Below are positions 28,001-41,600 of a stretch of DNA of 64,000 bases, in pieces. This stretch comes from Gordius albopunctatus. Taxonomy: Eukaryota. The DNA lies in NCBI GenBank assembly GCA_964276515.1, contig OZ193909.1, positions 19,654,001-19,718,000 of the forward strand, given 5' to 3'. A program made the translations under genes and the position numbers. The notes beneath the pieces are model-generated. The model ran no database searches and had not been told where the DNA came from. It saw nothing but the letters and a program-made list of their open reading frames with translations. Within the stretch, counting starts at the first letter, position 1. Each line of letters opens with the position of its first letter.

Positions 28001-28682
28001 AATTTGTTTATCTCTCGCCATTTTTTACGGAGTTTTTCTAACGGCTTTTCACGTCCACATTTTCATCGTTTAAATTTGACGACCGCAATCATGGTAAGGA
28101 ACGCTAGTGACGTTATTAATTACGTACAAATAGTATTTTTAAACGAACTTCGACTCTGTTTTGTGGGCGAAAGCAAAATAAAAGTCTTTTACAGAAACAT
28201 AAGTCCACAGCCATTATTGAAAAATTACAAATTGGAAAGGACAGACGGACGGACAACCAAAAAGGAGCCCATAAATTGCATAGCAATTAAAATGCTTAAA
28301 AAGGCGTGTTATTGAAAAATTTAGAAAATCGTATTTCCCCTTATGTGGTTTTCTCGAAATGAAGATTATATTAACAATAAAATAAAGAATGTTTCGATTC
28401 TGATAAATATTAAATTTTCTCTTCCAAAGTTGCTTTAGGCCAAATTTTTCTAAAAATTGTCTAAGCTGACCCTGCCCGTTCAAATTTTTAATTTTTCCTA
28501 ATACTCGGATATATAAGAGATGATTTAAAAAATTTATTATGTTATAAAACATTTTACGCCGAACTTTAGTGTACGAAATCAAATTGGGTACTTTGGATAC
28601 GGCTGGAATTTCTGAATCTGAATGGAGCCTCAAACCATATATGAACACTTCTAAAAAGCGTCAATTTTTAAGCGCCGAATGA
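25047..28682 (+). CDS. IMP4: U3 snoRNP protein IMP4 (Brix domain), 7 exons, 288 aa
   Basis: Exons 25047-25049 (ATG only), 25087-25279, 25961-26064, 26297-26429, 27144-27393, 27679-27749, 28570-28682; all phases are consistent. Protein MFRRNIRLRREYLYRK...DDEYRFAGVEDPKIVITTSRDPSSKL...HLPFGPTAYF...NDYISFRHHVY...EVGPRFEMKLYEIKLGTL...PYMNTSKKRQFLSAE* matches IMP4 end to end. Confidence 0.97.
27960..28292 (-). mobile_element. DINE-1/Helentron-like non-autonomous repeat
   Basis: Conserved head TTAATTGCTATGCAATTTATGGGCTC...GGTTGTCCGTCCGTCTGTCC (GTCY microsatellite). Further copies at about 29156, 38732, 42062-42290 and 46563-46790. Class assignment is an inference. Confidence 0.55.
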
Positions 28683-29221
28683 TATTGACTATATGCTTCT
28701 TTTTGTTAGTTTCAATTACTTGTTTCGAATAAATTCCTTGTGTATGCGTGTTTGTATTTTTGTAAGTGCTTTTTATAAAACCTTTTATGGGCCTTATTTG
28801 ATATAATTTTTCATACATATATTATAAATTGTGAAATTCTATTTTCAGGCTAATATTTATTGTAAAATATATTGGGAACAAGTGTAGGAGGCGAGTATAC
28901 ATTTGTATGTTTTGTAGAACACTTTTTTACATTAAATACTAAAGTTTTCTTGCGTTTTTTATTTAATCCTATTAGATCAGAATAATACCTAGACAACTTT
29001 AAGTAGTTACGTTTTTAAAACTTGTGAATATTATGTTAGGAATTATTATTTATAAAACATATTCCGCTTATCTTTCGTGTTAATAACTCCACAATGCCAT
29101 GTATAGTTTATTATCGATATTGTTAATATTACTTTTAAAAGCACGATATTTATATTAATTGCTATGCAATTTATGGGCTCGTTTTTGGTTGTCCGTCCGT
29201 TACCCTCCAATGTATTTACAC

Positions 29222-30276
29222 TAGAGGTGTGCACGGATCAATCCGTCCGAACTCGGATCGGATCAACATTTTGTTTTAGTCGGATCGGATCGGATTTTCA
29301 AATTTAAAATAAAAATAATAAGTTCTAATTAATTAAATTAATAATTTCTAGTATACCTTTTCATAATTATCTTTGCATTGTTTTTTTACTTTACCATTTT
29401 TGATGCCCAATACCACCTTACTTACCCTAACATATTTATCAGTATTTCTTTACCGTTTTTCCCTAGCTAGACTTTCTTGTTTGGCGAGAAAGGAGCTAGT
29501 GTCAATGATAAATCAGCATCTCCCGTCGTTTCCTGTTTAGCACACGCATCTCTTTCTATCTCAACTCAACTCCGAAAATAATCAATCACAATCTCCCCTT
29601 TCCTTAAAGCACACGCGTAGATCCTTTCTATTGTTTATCATATTAAAAACCGTCATGGAAGTAATAATAAAAAATTTTTAAAGAAATATGCTTCAACAAG
29701 TTAAAAAGGAAGACGGAAAAAGTCAAATTTGGAGTTACTTTGACCTTCTAAATAAATGAAAATGATACATACACCGGTTCTGTTATCTGCAAGAACTACC
29801 ATCATATCTACACATATATTTCCATTCGAGGTAGTTCCCATCTTTTGCATCATAAATGTATTCCAAAAACTTCAACTAAAAATACAATTGACAAATTTGT
29901 TACCAAACCTCTCGCTGAAATCCCAAAATTAAAAATTTTTTTCAAAAGCATCTAATTTATTTTATTTCAAAAGATATTTGACCGTTTTTAATCGTTAACG
30001 AGATTCTTTATTATTTTTATATGATAATATGGAATTAGTCAAATAAAATTTTATATTTATTTCAGGTCTATTAAAATTGCTATACCTTATTTTTATGTAT
30101 TTTGAATTTAATCATCAATAAAAAGTTCTGTTCGTAAAATTTTAATTTAAAAGTTTCGGATCGAATTTAGATTTTAAAAACTCGGATCGGATTTAGATTT
30201 TAAAATACTCGGATCCGATCGGATGGATATAAAATTTTCCCAAAACCCCTCGGATCGGATCAAGTGCACACCTCTA
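29222..30276 (+). mobile_element. Internally deleted hAT transposon with BED zinc-finger remnant
   Basis: TIR TAGAGGTGTGCAC/GTGCACACCTCTA, perfect 8-bp TSD ATTTACAC (29214-29221, 30277-30284), subterminal (CGGAT)n, and a broken KSQIWSYF...VICK...GSSHLLHHKC peptide at about 29700-29870. Confidence 0.88.
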
Positions 30277-30299
30277 ATTTACACCGGCTTTCTGACTTG

Positions 30300-31040
30300 G
30301 AGGTTCGAGTTCAATCCTCGGAGACGACAAAAAAATTTTTTTTAATTAAATTAATATTATGTTCTTGTTAATACCATGGATAATATGACTTTTTGACCTT
30401 CCGCTGGCTACTGACTATGAAAAAGATGATCATTGGCCAAATAAATCGAATTTTTTTTTTCGTTTTTGAATTGGTTAACATTGATAATTACCCTATGCCC
30501 TCTCGTACAAGGGCCTATGCATCTACTGATATGGGTCCCTGTGCCCCTTCAAAGGCTTATGCCTGTAAATGTGGGTTCGAATCCCGGAGAGGGGAAAATT
30601 TTTATTTTTTTTGAATTAAATTAATATATTGTTCTTGTTAATACCATTGATAATATTACTTTGTGGCCGTCCGCTGGCTACTGATCAATGAAAAAATCAC
30701 CATTGGCCAAAATGTGGATCTAAATTTTTTTTCGTTTTTTTCAAATTAATGTATTGTTTTTGTTAATACCATTGATAATATGGCTTTTTGGCCGTCCGCT
30801 GGCTGCTGACCAATGGGAAAAAATTACCATTGGCCAAAGTGGAAACGAATTTTTTTTCCGTATTTTCTGACTCGTATGTATTTATAAAGCGTCTCTTGGT
30901 ACTGACCAATGTAAAAAAATGACCATTAGCCAAATTGTAATTTGAGATTTTTTTTCGTCTATTAATATTTATATCCTTTTTGACCGTTTCCTGGCTACTG
31001 TCCAATGAAAAAAATGACCATTGCCCAAATTGTATTTATT
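30300..31040. repeat. Degenerate minisatellite (units of about 80-270 bp) containing tRNA B-box-like pieces
   Basis: Repeated TTGTTAATACCATTGATAAT...GCTGGCTACTGACCAATGAAAAAA..ACCATTGGCCAAA; GGTTCGAGTTCAATCC at about 30302 and GGGTTCGAATCCC at about 30573. Confidence 0.7.
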
Positions 31041-32501
31041 TCGTTGATTATGGCGGCATCTAATAAGTTGAGCAGGAAACTTAGTTACAAATGGTAAAAA
31101 AAAATTCATTTCCTTGTCATGTGTAAATAAGATACAAATAGAAAGGGAGCTTACCTTCAAAAAACGTTAAGAATGCTTTTTTACACCTTTTTCTTCGTCT
31201 AAGTCTGGAGGATTTTGAAAAACTTATAAACGTTGCTGAGCGTAATTTTTTCTTTATTACTAATTGCCAGATTTTGGGACGTTTTCCATATAAATCTTGC
31301 GAAACCAAAAGTTATTAAAAAATTAGTATGTTTTTAAAAACATAATCTAAATTAGCTCAAATTGAATATCCTAATACGTATAGTATATTACACGTCCCAT
31401 TTTTAATTTAGTGGCCCATGCAAGACTTGACTTATTATTTTCAAATCAAAATTATCAAAGTTTATTTATGTTCGTTTTGACCAAAAAATCTGCTTTCAAG
31501 CCTTTATAAATATAAAAGCCCTTTTTGTATCGGATGGGAAAGCTTTAATCGTAGGCACAGTCAATGGGTCGGGTAAAATTAAGGCACTTTTGGGTCAGGT
31601 TCGGGCATTAAAATTTATAATTTGCTTTTTACTTTAAACTTTTGCTGTAGACTCTTAATAAAATAATTGATTTTGTAATAAGAATATATCAAATTAATAT
31701 TATTTTTAAATAACATTTTTATTTGATAAATTTAACCATTTAATGTAGTATAACTATTAACTTAAACACTCTGAAAAACTTTTTAATATATTTTAAAATA
31801 TATATATATTATATATATATATATTTAAAATTTGAAGCATTGTTAAAATCTAACTTTTTGGCATAGTTTTATGAATTAAAAATAATACCTTACATTTAGT
31901 CATAAAAGTTTTTTTTGTATATTTATAGAGTTCAGCTGTAATGAGCAAAAGTAAAAACAGACTTATTCACACCACACCTGCAAATTCTTTTATATGCTTT
32001 CTGACTTAATTTGTGGTTCGTTAAGTTTAGAGTTATAAAATAATTTAAACTGTTATTATAAAAGCGCTGCTTGAAAGTGAAGTTTTGTTAAAATTTTAAC
32101 CTAAAGCTATTTTGCCCTTTATAAATAGGTTTAATTCGGCGTAATCGTCGGTCAAAACACATATCATCATTATTATATTGGAAATTGCTATATAAGTATC
32201 TCTTTTATTCAACCCTGAGATTTAAACATTTTCTTATAGTAACTAAATATATTTGAGAAATATTATAAATCTAACATTATATTAATAATTCCCTAGACAA
32301 TGCATTGATTGAAGAACATCCATGACTTTATAATATTGATGGTTCTAATAGAAAATTGATTATTATAGGCATATTATGATATACCGTCGTTATCATAGTA
32401 CAACGTTACTATATTAAAGAGTAATATATGTATAAATAAAGATCACACAATAAAATTCGCTAAAATTAGAATTGAAAACATCTAATCTTGACACAAATGG
32501 C

Positions 32502-32705
32502 TAGTGTTGTAAAAACGACCGAGTTTTATTCGGTCGTCCTTCTTCGGTCTTAATCAACTAAACATAATGGAACCAAATGTTTTTGGTGTCTGTTTTTCTT
32601 AGTGGACCTCTAGACTTGGTCAAAATTTGAAAAACAGACCAGAGTCTGGAGTCTCAGTTGAACCAAAGGTCGACCAAACATAGCCCAACCGTTTTAACAA
32701 CACTA
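32502..32705. mobile_element. MITE family with TIR TAGTGTTGTAAAA
   Basis: TAGTGTTGTAAAAACG...TTTTAACAACACTA; related copies at about 27395-27545, 47655-47860, 50545-50960, 51391, 60258-60410 and 61890-62031. Confidence 0.7.
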
Positions 32706-34687
32706 CAGATATAGACTATGCCAAGATTGAATGCACACATTTTAAGTAGTAGTAAGTTCGAATTAAATGCAATAAAACATAATTACCTTGTCCCAAAACT
32801 ATAAGGAAAATATAATCTTTGATTTAGAATAAAAACAGTAATATTGTATATTATAGCTGGAGTTTGATGCAAAGAATTGAAGCGGCCTTTAAATGTAAGA
32901 TTTTATTCTAACATTTAGAAATTTAAGCTATGTAAAAAGGTATTTGACTATTCATGGGAGTAACCAGCATTGACATTAGGGGGGGGCAAAAATGATTTAG
33001 GGAGGGGCAAAAGGTTCATTTATCAAAATTTTAGCCATAATTTTAATAAATTTCAACAAATTTATAAAATTAGAGGGGGCAGCTGCCCCTCCTTGCCCCA
33101 CCTGGTGGCTACGCCCATGTAACTAACTATAAATGCAAATTAGGATCGTTTTTAACGGTAAATTATATTTCAGGCCAATTAAGTGGCCTTGCTTGAAGTG
33201 CCAATGTCATATTAAAGTTTTAATTTTAAATTAGGTTTGTATATTATGAATTTATTATGGTTAACTATCAAATATAAAAGAGCTATTAGCTACCACATAG
33301 AAAGAATAGAGTGTAAAATATAGTTTAGCTATGTGTTTAGTGTCATATGATTCATTTCATATTTTTACCCGCCATTCCTATAAGAATCAATAACATCAGC
33401 AACGTGAAAGGTACAATAGTATCTATAAGCTTATGCATCTTTTAAATAAAAATGATAATTAATTTGGAAACGCTATACTTTATTACTCACTATAATCAGC
33501 GGGGTAAAACACTATACTAGATGTTTTTATAACCGTCATTATTATACAAACCTATTTATAATGAGAAAATAGGTTTATGGGACTTACATAACATCCCCAT
33601 TATTTTTAATGTGTTTTAACTGGAATTCCGTAAACTACTGTTTCATACAAATTTTGAGAAGCTTAAAAAATAATAATATGAGCGCATATTAAAAACTATT
33701 TATAATAAAATTTCTATTTTTTTAAAAAGTTGTCTTTTTCCGGAAAATAGTATCCATGCAAAAGTCTAAACCCTGCTCGTGTTATAATAACCCACAGATT
33801 CGAAATATTGGCCAATGAGTTCTTTAGTAAGTGTATTAGTACGAAAACAAAGGCCTACCTATAATTAGCACAACACATAATAGTAATTTAAGATTATATT
33901 TATATATTACCTGTCAATAATGATTACTATCTGTGTTTAAGACTTTAAGAAATGTGCCACCAAATAAGGCCAATTCCATTAATAAGCTTGCCAAATTACA
34001 AACCTATTAAGGAAAAAATAGGCTATCAATGAACCTAAATATAATAATTTAGAAAAACATTTATTTATTATTACTTGCCAAATTTCCGTAATTTTAAGCC
34101 GTAGGTCATGATTGGTATCATATAAATTCAAAAGAACAAAACGAAATCTATGTGTGAAATTAATGCATATAATTAGTTTAAAATACTTATTGTCATTTAT
34201 AAAATTAATTTTAGTTATTTAAATTATTAGAACTATACGTTTTATAAAAACTTTTATTTGTACGATTTCATATTTTGTTTAATTATTGTATATATATAAT
34301 TGTTACTGGTTACATTTAAAAAATAATTAAATAAATATAAAACAAGAATAGGTAATATTCTTTTTATGTTTCCATATATTTGACATGGGGAAAGAATAAG
34401 AAAATCTTCCATTTGTTGATCTTGCTTTTCATGATTGCTCCATGGCTCAACTTAAAAATGGTAGTGAACCCTATATGCATACTGACACTTATTAATTTAC
34501 ATTTTTAATTATACTAAAAGTTTTATATCGCAACTTATAAAAATACCTAAAAATTTTTATTTCATGACGTCTAACCATCAAACATGTTAATTAGTTAAAT
34601 ATTATTTCCGAATTAATTACAAGGCTTAACTTATTCGTTATAAAGCTATGACAAGGGAAGTGATTGTTATGGGAGCTATCTCATTAT

Positions 34688-34930
34688 CTTCTTCTTCTTT
34701 ATCAGTTATTTGATCCCACATTTGTTTTGATAAGTTTCTTTCAACTTGAACGGATTAGTGCCATGTCTTGAGTAATCTCTTTAGTTTTCATTGATTTATC
34801 GACTTGCCCTTTCCACGTGACACGGGGTCGTCCTCTTCCTCTCTTCCCCGGTACCTACATATCCAGTAATTTTCGATTTACGTCATCCGTGTCCCTTCTT
34901 AGTATATGGCCATACCACCTTAGCCGATTT
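34688..34930 (-). mobile_element. RTE-clade LINE 3' end
   Basis: RLRWYGHILRRD...GKRGRGRPRVTWK is the typical RTE C-terminus, followed by an (AAG)n tail. Confidence 0.82.
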
Positions 34931-35692
34931 TTATTAATCATATCCGCCATAGGTTGAATACCCATTTTTGTCATGAGAAAGTATACCCCAAGCTCCACTG
35001 TATCTATTTAGTATAATTATTTTTAAAAGTCGAGACAAGACGAGAATTCTGGGCGAGACGAGACGAGATTTTTCTAGACCGAGACGAGATTTTAATAATC
35101 GCACCCGAGACGAGATTTTGCTTTCGAGACCGAGACGAGATCGAAACACTACTTGAGCGGGCCTAACGTTTTTCTAAACGTATACAAACGGGCTTGAAAA
35201 GGTTATAGATGGGCTACAACGGACCTAAAAAATTTACGGATGGGTTTGGACGGACCTAAAGTGTTAAAAAAATTACGGGCGGGCTCGGGCGGGCCTTGAA
35301 GTTTTGAAAACGAGTATGGGCCGACCTTCTAAAAACATCCGGCTGTAGATCTCTAAATTAAGCAATATCTGAAAATTATTATTTAAATTAACCTCCTTAC
35401 TTTACTATATAAACAACCCCATACTCTTACAAAGCCCAGAATCTTTTACTTTTCCCTCTCATAATTATTTACCCTTAATAAATATTTCCTCTCCCAAAAC
35501 ACATATTATATTTAATATTTATTTTGTGTATTAAAATTATTTTAAAACGCTAGAAAAGGTATTTATAGTTTAATATTGATAACCTTATTAAATTTGTTTA
35601 GAAATAATATAGGAATATTTCAAAATCGAAACATCGTAGTGTTATAGTATAAAAACATATTGACCCTTATACGAAAGTCAGTTGTTTTTCAT

Positions 35693-38600
35693 ATGGAAAA
35701 TAAAAAACAAAAGTGCACGTTGTATCAAGTTACCCCATTTAAGGCTTGGAAAAATATAAAATCCGTAAAAATAAACAAATTAATCTAATATTTTATGTAG
35801 GCAGATCTTATATTACCATTGTACGCCACCGGTATAAAAGTTGTAGTTTTATTTAAGAGTTTTAGATATTTTATCGAGGCTGTGGCAGCAATATAACCCT
35901 AGAAATTTAATTATTAAGTAATCTTTAGTCTTAATTATGTTTATTTAAATTTAAGTATCCCAAAAACAAATTTAAATATTACAAGAATTATAAAAGAAAG
36001 GAAGTGGTCATTGGCATTTGACAGGTTTATTTAACTTTTATGTTATTTGTCATTATATTTTACAGTTCATCCAAGTTACTTTTTATCTTGCAAAATACAA
36101 AGATTGATATAAGGTACAATTTAATCTTCATTTCTATCACAATACATTATGTATAATTTTAACAGATCTTTGAATGACAAATTTACAACTTCTCTGGCTG
36201 AAATAGAATGTACTTATAGCATTTTAATTAAATTTTTTAAAACATAATAATTAATATTTTAGTATCTAATGTAATAAATGAAGAAAGAAAAAATTATTAT
36301 AAAATAGCCATCTGTCCTGCAAAATATAATGAACATCAACTAAACCCAGAGGAAAGAATATTGATTTTGGCAACGTCAATACAAAGTCCTTTTTATGTTT
36401 ATGGTTTAGATGGATCTGAAATTTGTTCCTTTGAAATTGATGTAATATTTACAATAGAAAATTATAAAATTTAGTAGTGGGAATTAAGTGTGTTCAAATA
36501 TAACGTTATAATTTTTTAATCTAGAGTTATTATAAATTTATTAGGTGGATTTTTTTGGTGACAAAGTTAGAGCTAGTAATACAATAATTGATTGTGTAGC
36601 AGAAATGATATTTTTAAATACCAAATATCCTGCCAAAATTCCAAAATCTTCAAATTCTGTGGAAAATGATATAGATCAAAAGTATTGGCATATTGATTGT
36701 TGTTTCAATTCATTTTTTTAAGTATTTTTGAACTGTGGATTATTACGTTTGGTGGAAATCTTTTTTCAATAATTATTACGTAAGATAATGAAACATTAAT
36801 TTTACCATTTAATTTTACATTCAAATTGGTTAAAAATCTATTTTTTGAATGATATTTAGACATTTTTATCATTATATAAACATTAATAAATTTATATCCT
36901 TCTAGCTTGCCTGCCATTTCATTTAAAACAAACTTTGCATTCAAATTTGACCATCCAATATTTTCTGCAACATATGATTACAACCGTGAGATACTATTAA
37001 TTGGAAGTAAACAACATTTATTATAAATATAAGTTTGTAGCTTGAGCATGATTATTAATTTAACAAAAAATATTTGTTTAAATATTTTTGGTGAAAAACA
37101 TTTGATTTAGTTTGTTTGCACTTCATTATTTATATTCTTTCATAAATTTATTTAATAAAAAGTAAATCCAACCTTTTTAGCCACATTTATTTTTAGCTAA
37201 ATAAGAAAAACATGAGAGTTTATATATTTTAAAATTGTTTTTTACATCTAATGTGTTAGACCTTATCTTCAAAATAATTTTTCTTGATTTTAAAATGAGT
37301 TAGCCATAATTACTATGTTTAAATGAACTACATGAAATATTGGCAAAATTTGGTTGATAATACTTTTTTAAAAATTAAGATATATATCACGTAAAATTAA
37401 CTATTTTAAGCCTGGATATAATAAAAAATTAAATTTAAAATTAGCAATCATAACAAGGTAAAATTGGGAATTATTTACTTAACATTTTTTTATTGCTTCT
37501 ATGTATAGCTTATCAAACTGGTGCAAACCGAGGTATATCCTTGTGGAAAAAAGTTGTGGACGATGGGCAACCTACCCTACAGCAAATTGATATATTGGAT
37601 GTTGATGCACATTTACCCGTTCGTGAATATAATTCTATGTTAACATAATATTTTCAGGAAACAAATTAAAGATTTTGAGTTTGTAAAAACTCATGGGTTT
37701 CTTAGTTGAACAAAAGGTTGACTACATAAAAACAGTAGCCTAGCTAGGTTGATGTGTCATAAAAATTGTGTAATATTGCCATGGCTTTGAATTGATAAAT
37801 ATTAGGCTAAAGCCGAATTTTTACAGTTTAACTTATATATTGAGATTTTAATTTCGATCATTGATTGATTTATTAAGATATCAAATAGCATAAATAAATT
37901 AATAAAAGTCAATTAAAAACTCTCATTTAATATTTACATAATGATTTGGATTAAAAGTTGCGTTTTTACTAAGTATAAGTTGTCTTGTATTAAAGTTACT
38001 TTATAATAATACACAACGTAAATGGGATGTATTATTTGTCAAAAACGAAATTAAATAAATTTTAGCAGAGAAAGGCGTCGATTGGTAATCCTATGGAACA
38101 GCTGATTCGGCGGTGCTACGGGGACGGAAAGGGACAAGATGGCAGACCTATTCGCCTTGTGACACTATCCCTGGAGGAATGTAATCACTTGGCCAGCCTA
38201 GAATGGGAGAAATTGTGTATTAGGGCTATACCATCTTTAAAGATTGAAAAATGTATAGCGCCATCTGGCGGAAGCTCAAAAAACTGGAAAAATCGAGAGG
38301 TTAGTTTTGTTTTGTGTTTTTTCTTATGAAAAAATCCAAGGTTCGGAACTTTTGTAATAGGATATTATGGGAAGCAAGCTTATAAATATAAAAAGTCATA
38401 ATATACGCTAATCTAGTTGTTGCTACCCATATTTCCTATATAATAGTCTTTTTAATTTGTTTTATAAGCAATCACGATATCCCACTATGGGTTCGTTCAT
38501 TGAAATATTTGATGCTTTTACATATTTGAAAATTACTATTGAAATTTTTGTCAATAGACTAATATAATAAAAGTCTTGAAATTTAGTTAATTTGTCAGCA

Positions 38601-41600
38601 ACCCCAATTATGTGAACAAAATAGTTATTTCAAATTTGGGTATTTCCAAACATTTTGGAAGTTAAATATCCTGTGAGGTGTAATATAGAAATATAAGTTT
38701 TGCATTCTTCCTTCTTAAAGCTTAATATTATTAATTGCTCTGCAATTTATGAGCTCGTTTTTAGATTTTTTAATATTTTGTTCATAAACGTAGCCAGCAT
38801 CGGAATTAGAGGGGGGCAATAATGATTGAGGGAGGGGCAAAATTAACAATTTCTGAAATTTAGGCCCCATAATTTTGATCATTTTCAACACATTTTTGGA
38901 TAGGAGGGGGGGGGGCAGCCGCCCCTCCTTGCCCCCCTTTCTTGACTACGCCTATGATTTTATTGCAGTCTTGCATATAATTTTGCCCACTTTCTTGTGC
39001 CGAAGATCGTAAAACACTCAAATACCTAGTAGGCATTGGCATGTTTTAAATCGATGGGAAAGAGATCCCCTTAAGCCAAATAATACTCAACCAGCTTTAT
39101 TTTGCCTCAAAAATGGGCATTTTAATAGCAAAATATAATTAAAAACCTTATTTATAATACATGGGCTCAGGGGCGTAGACAAGAAGGTAGAAAAACGGAT
39201 AGTTTACCCCTTGGCAAAAATTAATAATTTTTTTTATTAAAAAATAACATATTTTTAGATTGAAAGTTTTTATTCTATAGCTGAGTAACTGACTCAAAAT
39301 GACATTTATAAATAAATACCGATATATACTTTTTTATTTTTCAATTGAATTTCGACAAAAAGCCAATTAACCATTATTCTCTTTTTCCGATATCGTTTAT
39401 TCACGTGCATTACAATGAAAAAAAGAAATTTGGAACATTATTTTCTTTTGTTGAAATCATCCGTTTCTGATCCTAGTAATTTCTTGACTTGATCTATTGA
39501 TAATTAATAGCTATGATTTATTTATTTTTCTATTCACTGATCTGATATTATTAATAATGTATAATGCTTTTCATTTTCTACTGATATAGTTGCAGGCTTA
39601 TTAAATCTTTAAAATACAAATGTCTTTGTTTGCACGGTATCTAGATACTGTCACCGTGACAATTAAAGAAGATTTTCTTCAATTTGTGCCGGTTCGTGAC
39701 ACAACCGGAAAAGGATTAGCGGATGTTATTATTAATAGTCTAAAAAAGCTAAATATTAATATGAATTTGTTAAGGGGTCAAGGCTATGATGGAGCTCGCA
39801 ATATGTGCGGAAAATTAAATAGTGTCCAGTCCATTATTATGAAAGCATATCCAACGGCGTTGTATGTCCACTGTGCCTCCCATTCATTAAACTTGGCCCT
39901 TTCAGATACATCGACCCTTCCTACCATAAGAAATTGCATGGGTATAAATTAAAGATAACATAATATTGTGATAATTTTTTTAAATAGGTATTGTTTCTAA
40001 AGTTTATATGTTTAAATACTCCAAACGGCAAGATGTTTTATTAGAAGTCTTGTCAAAAATGGACAATAAACCGGTAATGGAAAAATTAAAGCAAGTGTGT
40101 GTGACCCGTTGCTCATCACGGCACGAAGCTGTTGCAACGCATATCAAACTTCAAGATGTGATTTATCCTGCTTTAAAAAAATTTCTACCTGGCATGATCG
40201 CGATGCCGCAACAGAGGCGGCAACTTTGCTGTCTTCTTTGCGGCAATCGGACTACATAATATCGCTATTGTCTTCATAAACTTTTCAGTTATACATCAAT
40301 TCTTTGCAGGCAATTGCAAAAAAAAAGTTTAGACCTACAGCTGGTCACCGAGTTGGCCCAAAACATTGTTGATCAGATGAAATTGTTGAGAACTAATGTT
40401 GATCAAGAATTTCATCACATTTTTTTAATGGCCGAAGCTAAGGCAAACTTATACCAGTTTGATCTTGTAAAACCCAGATGGGCTAGAAAACAAACGTTCC
40501 GAAGTAATATTCCAACAGACTCTGTTGAGGACTATTATAAAATCACAATTTTTATTCCATTACTTGATTCTTTTGTTGTTCAACTCAATGAAAGATTTTT
40601 AGACAAGAAGGAAATTATTACAAATTTTCAAGTTTTGTTACCTCAAGATTCAAAAGTTTCGCCTACAGCTCAGATAAAAATAAATCACTTAGTGGATTTT
40701 TACTTTAATGACTTGAATGGTACAAATGTTGACGTTAAAAAAGAATTTGATATCTGGTATATGTCGTTGTCTCAGATACCAGAAGAATTGCGTCCCAAGA
40801 ATTCTTTGGATGCTTTGCTAAATCACAAAATCAAATTAGAATGCTTACCGAACCTTAGAACTTTGTTTTATCTATTAGCTTGCCTCCCAATTACTACATT
40901 CACAAATGAGAGAAGTTTCTCAACTTTGAGAAGATTCAAGACCTACTTACGAAATACCATGTCAAACAATCGATTAAATGGTTTGGCGCCTTTAACGATT
41001 CATCGGGAGTTAGCCCCAACTCCGGATGAAATTCTTGATGTCTTATCTTTTCGCAAAAGAAAATTAAAAATTGTTTTATAGCGACGTTTTTCATACACCG
41101 CTTTTGTATTTATATTATTGAAATAAAAATGTTTTAAAAAAATTGGAAATTTTATACCCCCTTGAGAAAATCCTAAATCCATTTTTTTTAAATTTATTAA
41201 AATTATGGCTAAAATTTCAAAAATGATTATTTTGCCCCTCCCTAAGTCATTATTGCCTCCCTATAAATTCAATGCTGGCTACACGCCCATGATTCTGACA
41301 CATGGCTCTTGTTGACTCTTGACCAATCTGATGAAAACTTTTTCATTTACATTATTTAATACTCGTATATCGTATATTTTATGCGTCATTCTAACCTAAT
41401 TAAAGCATTTTAATTGGAAAAAAACTTTGTCTTATCTAAAATAACTGTCATTCCATGAGGAAGAAGGTTGTTTAAAATAATATTCTTGGGTATTTATAAC
41501 ATCGACCTCTGTGATATTTATTATAGGTCTACTCGCATGATAATGCTTTCTTCTATATCTAAATTAAGGCATTCGAGTTTTTCTAACAGCCCTCTCAAGG

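Noticed and set aside
28214..28648. 144-aa - strand ORF and similar short ORFs (3064, 4176, 27971, 34934, 43598, 58960, 61345)
   Set aside because: They are antisense to real exons or read through MITE/repeat sequence, with no protein motifs.
30300..31040. CRISPR-like array
   Set aside because: Units are degenerate and irregular with related spacers, there are no cas genes, and the context is eukaryotic.
37658..37682. Extra NBAS micro-exon
   Set aside because: Gives a stop or phase mismatch; 37618 joins 38066 in phase 0 without it.
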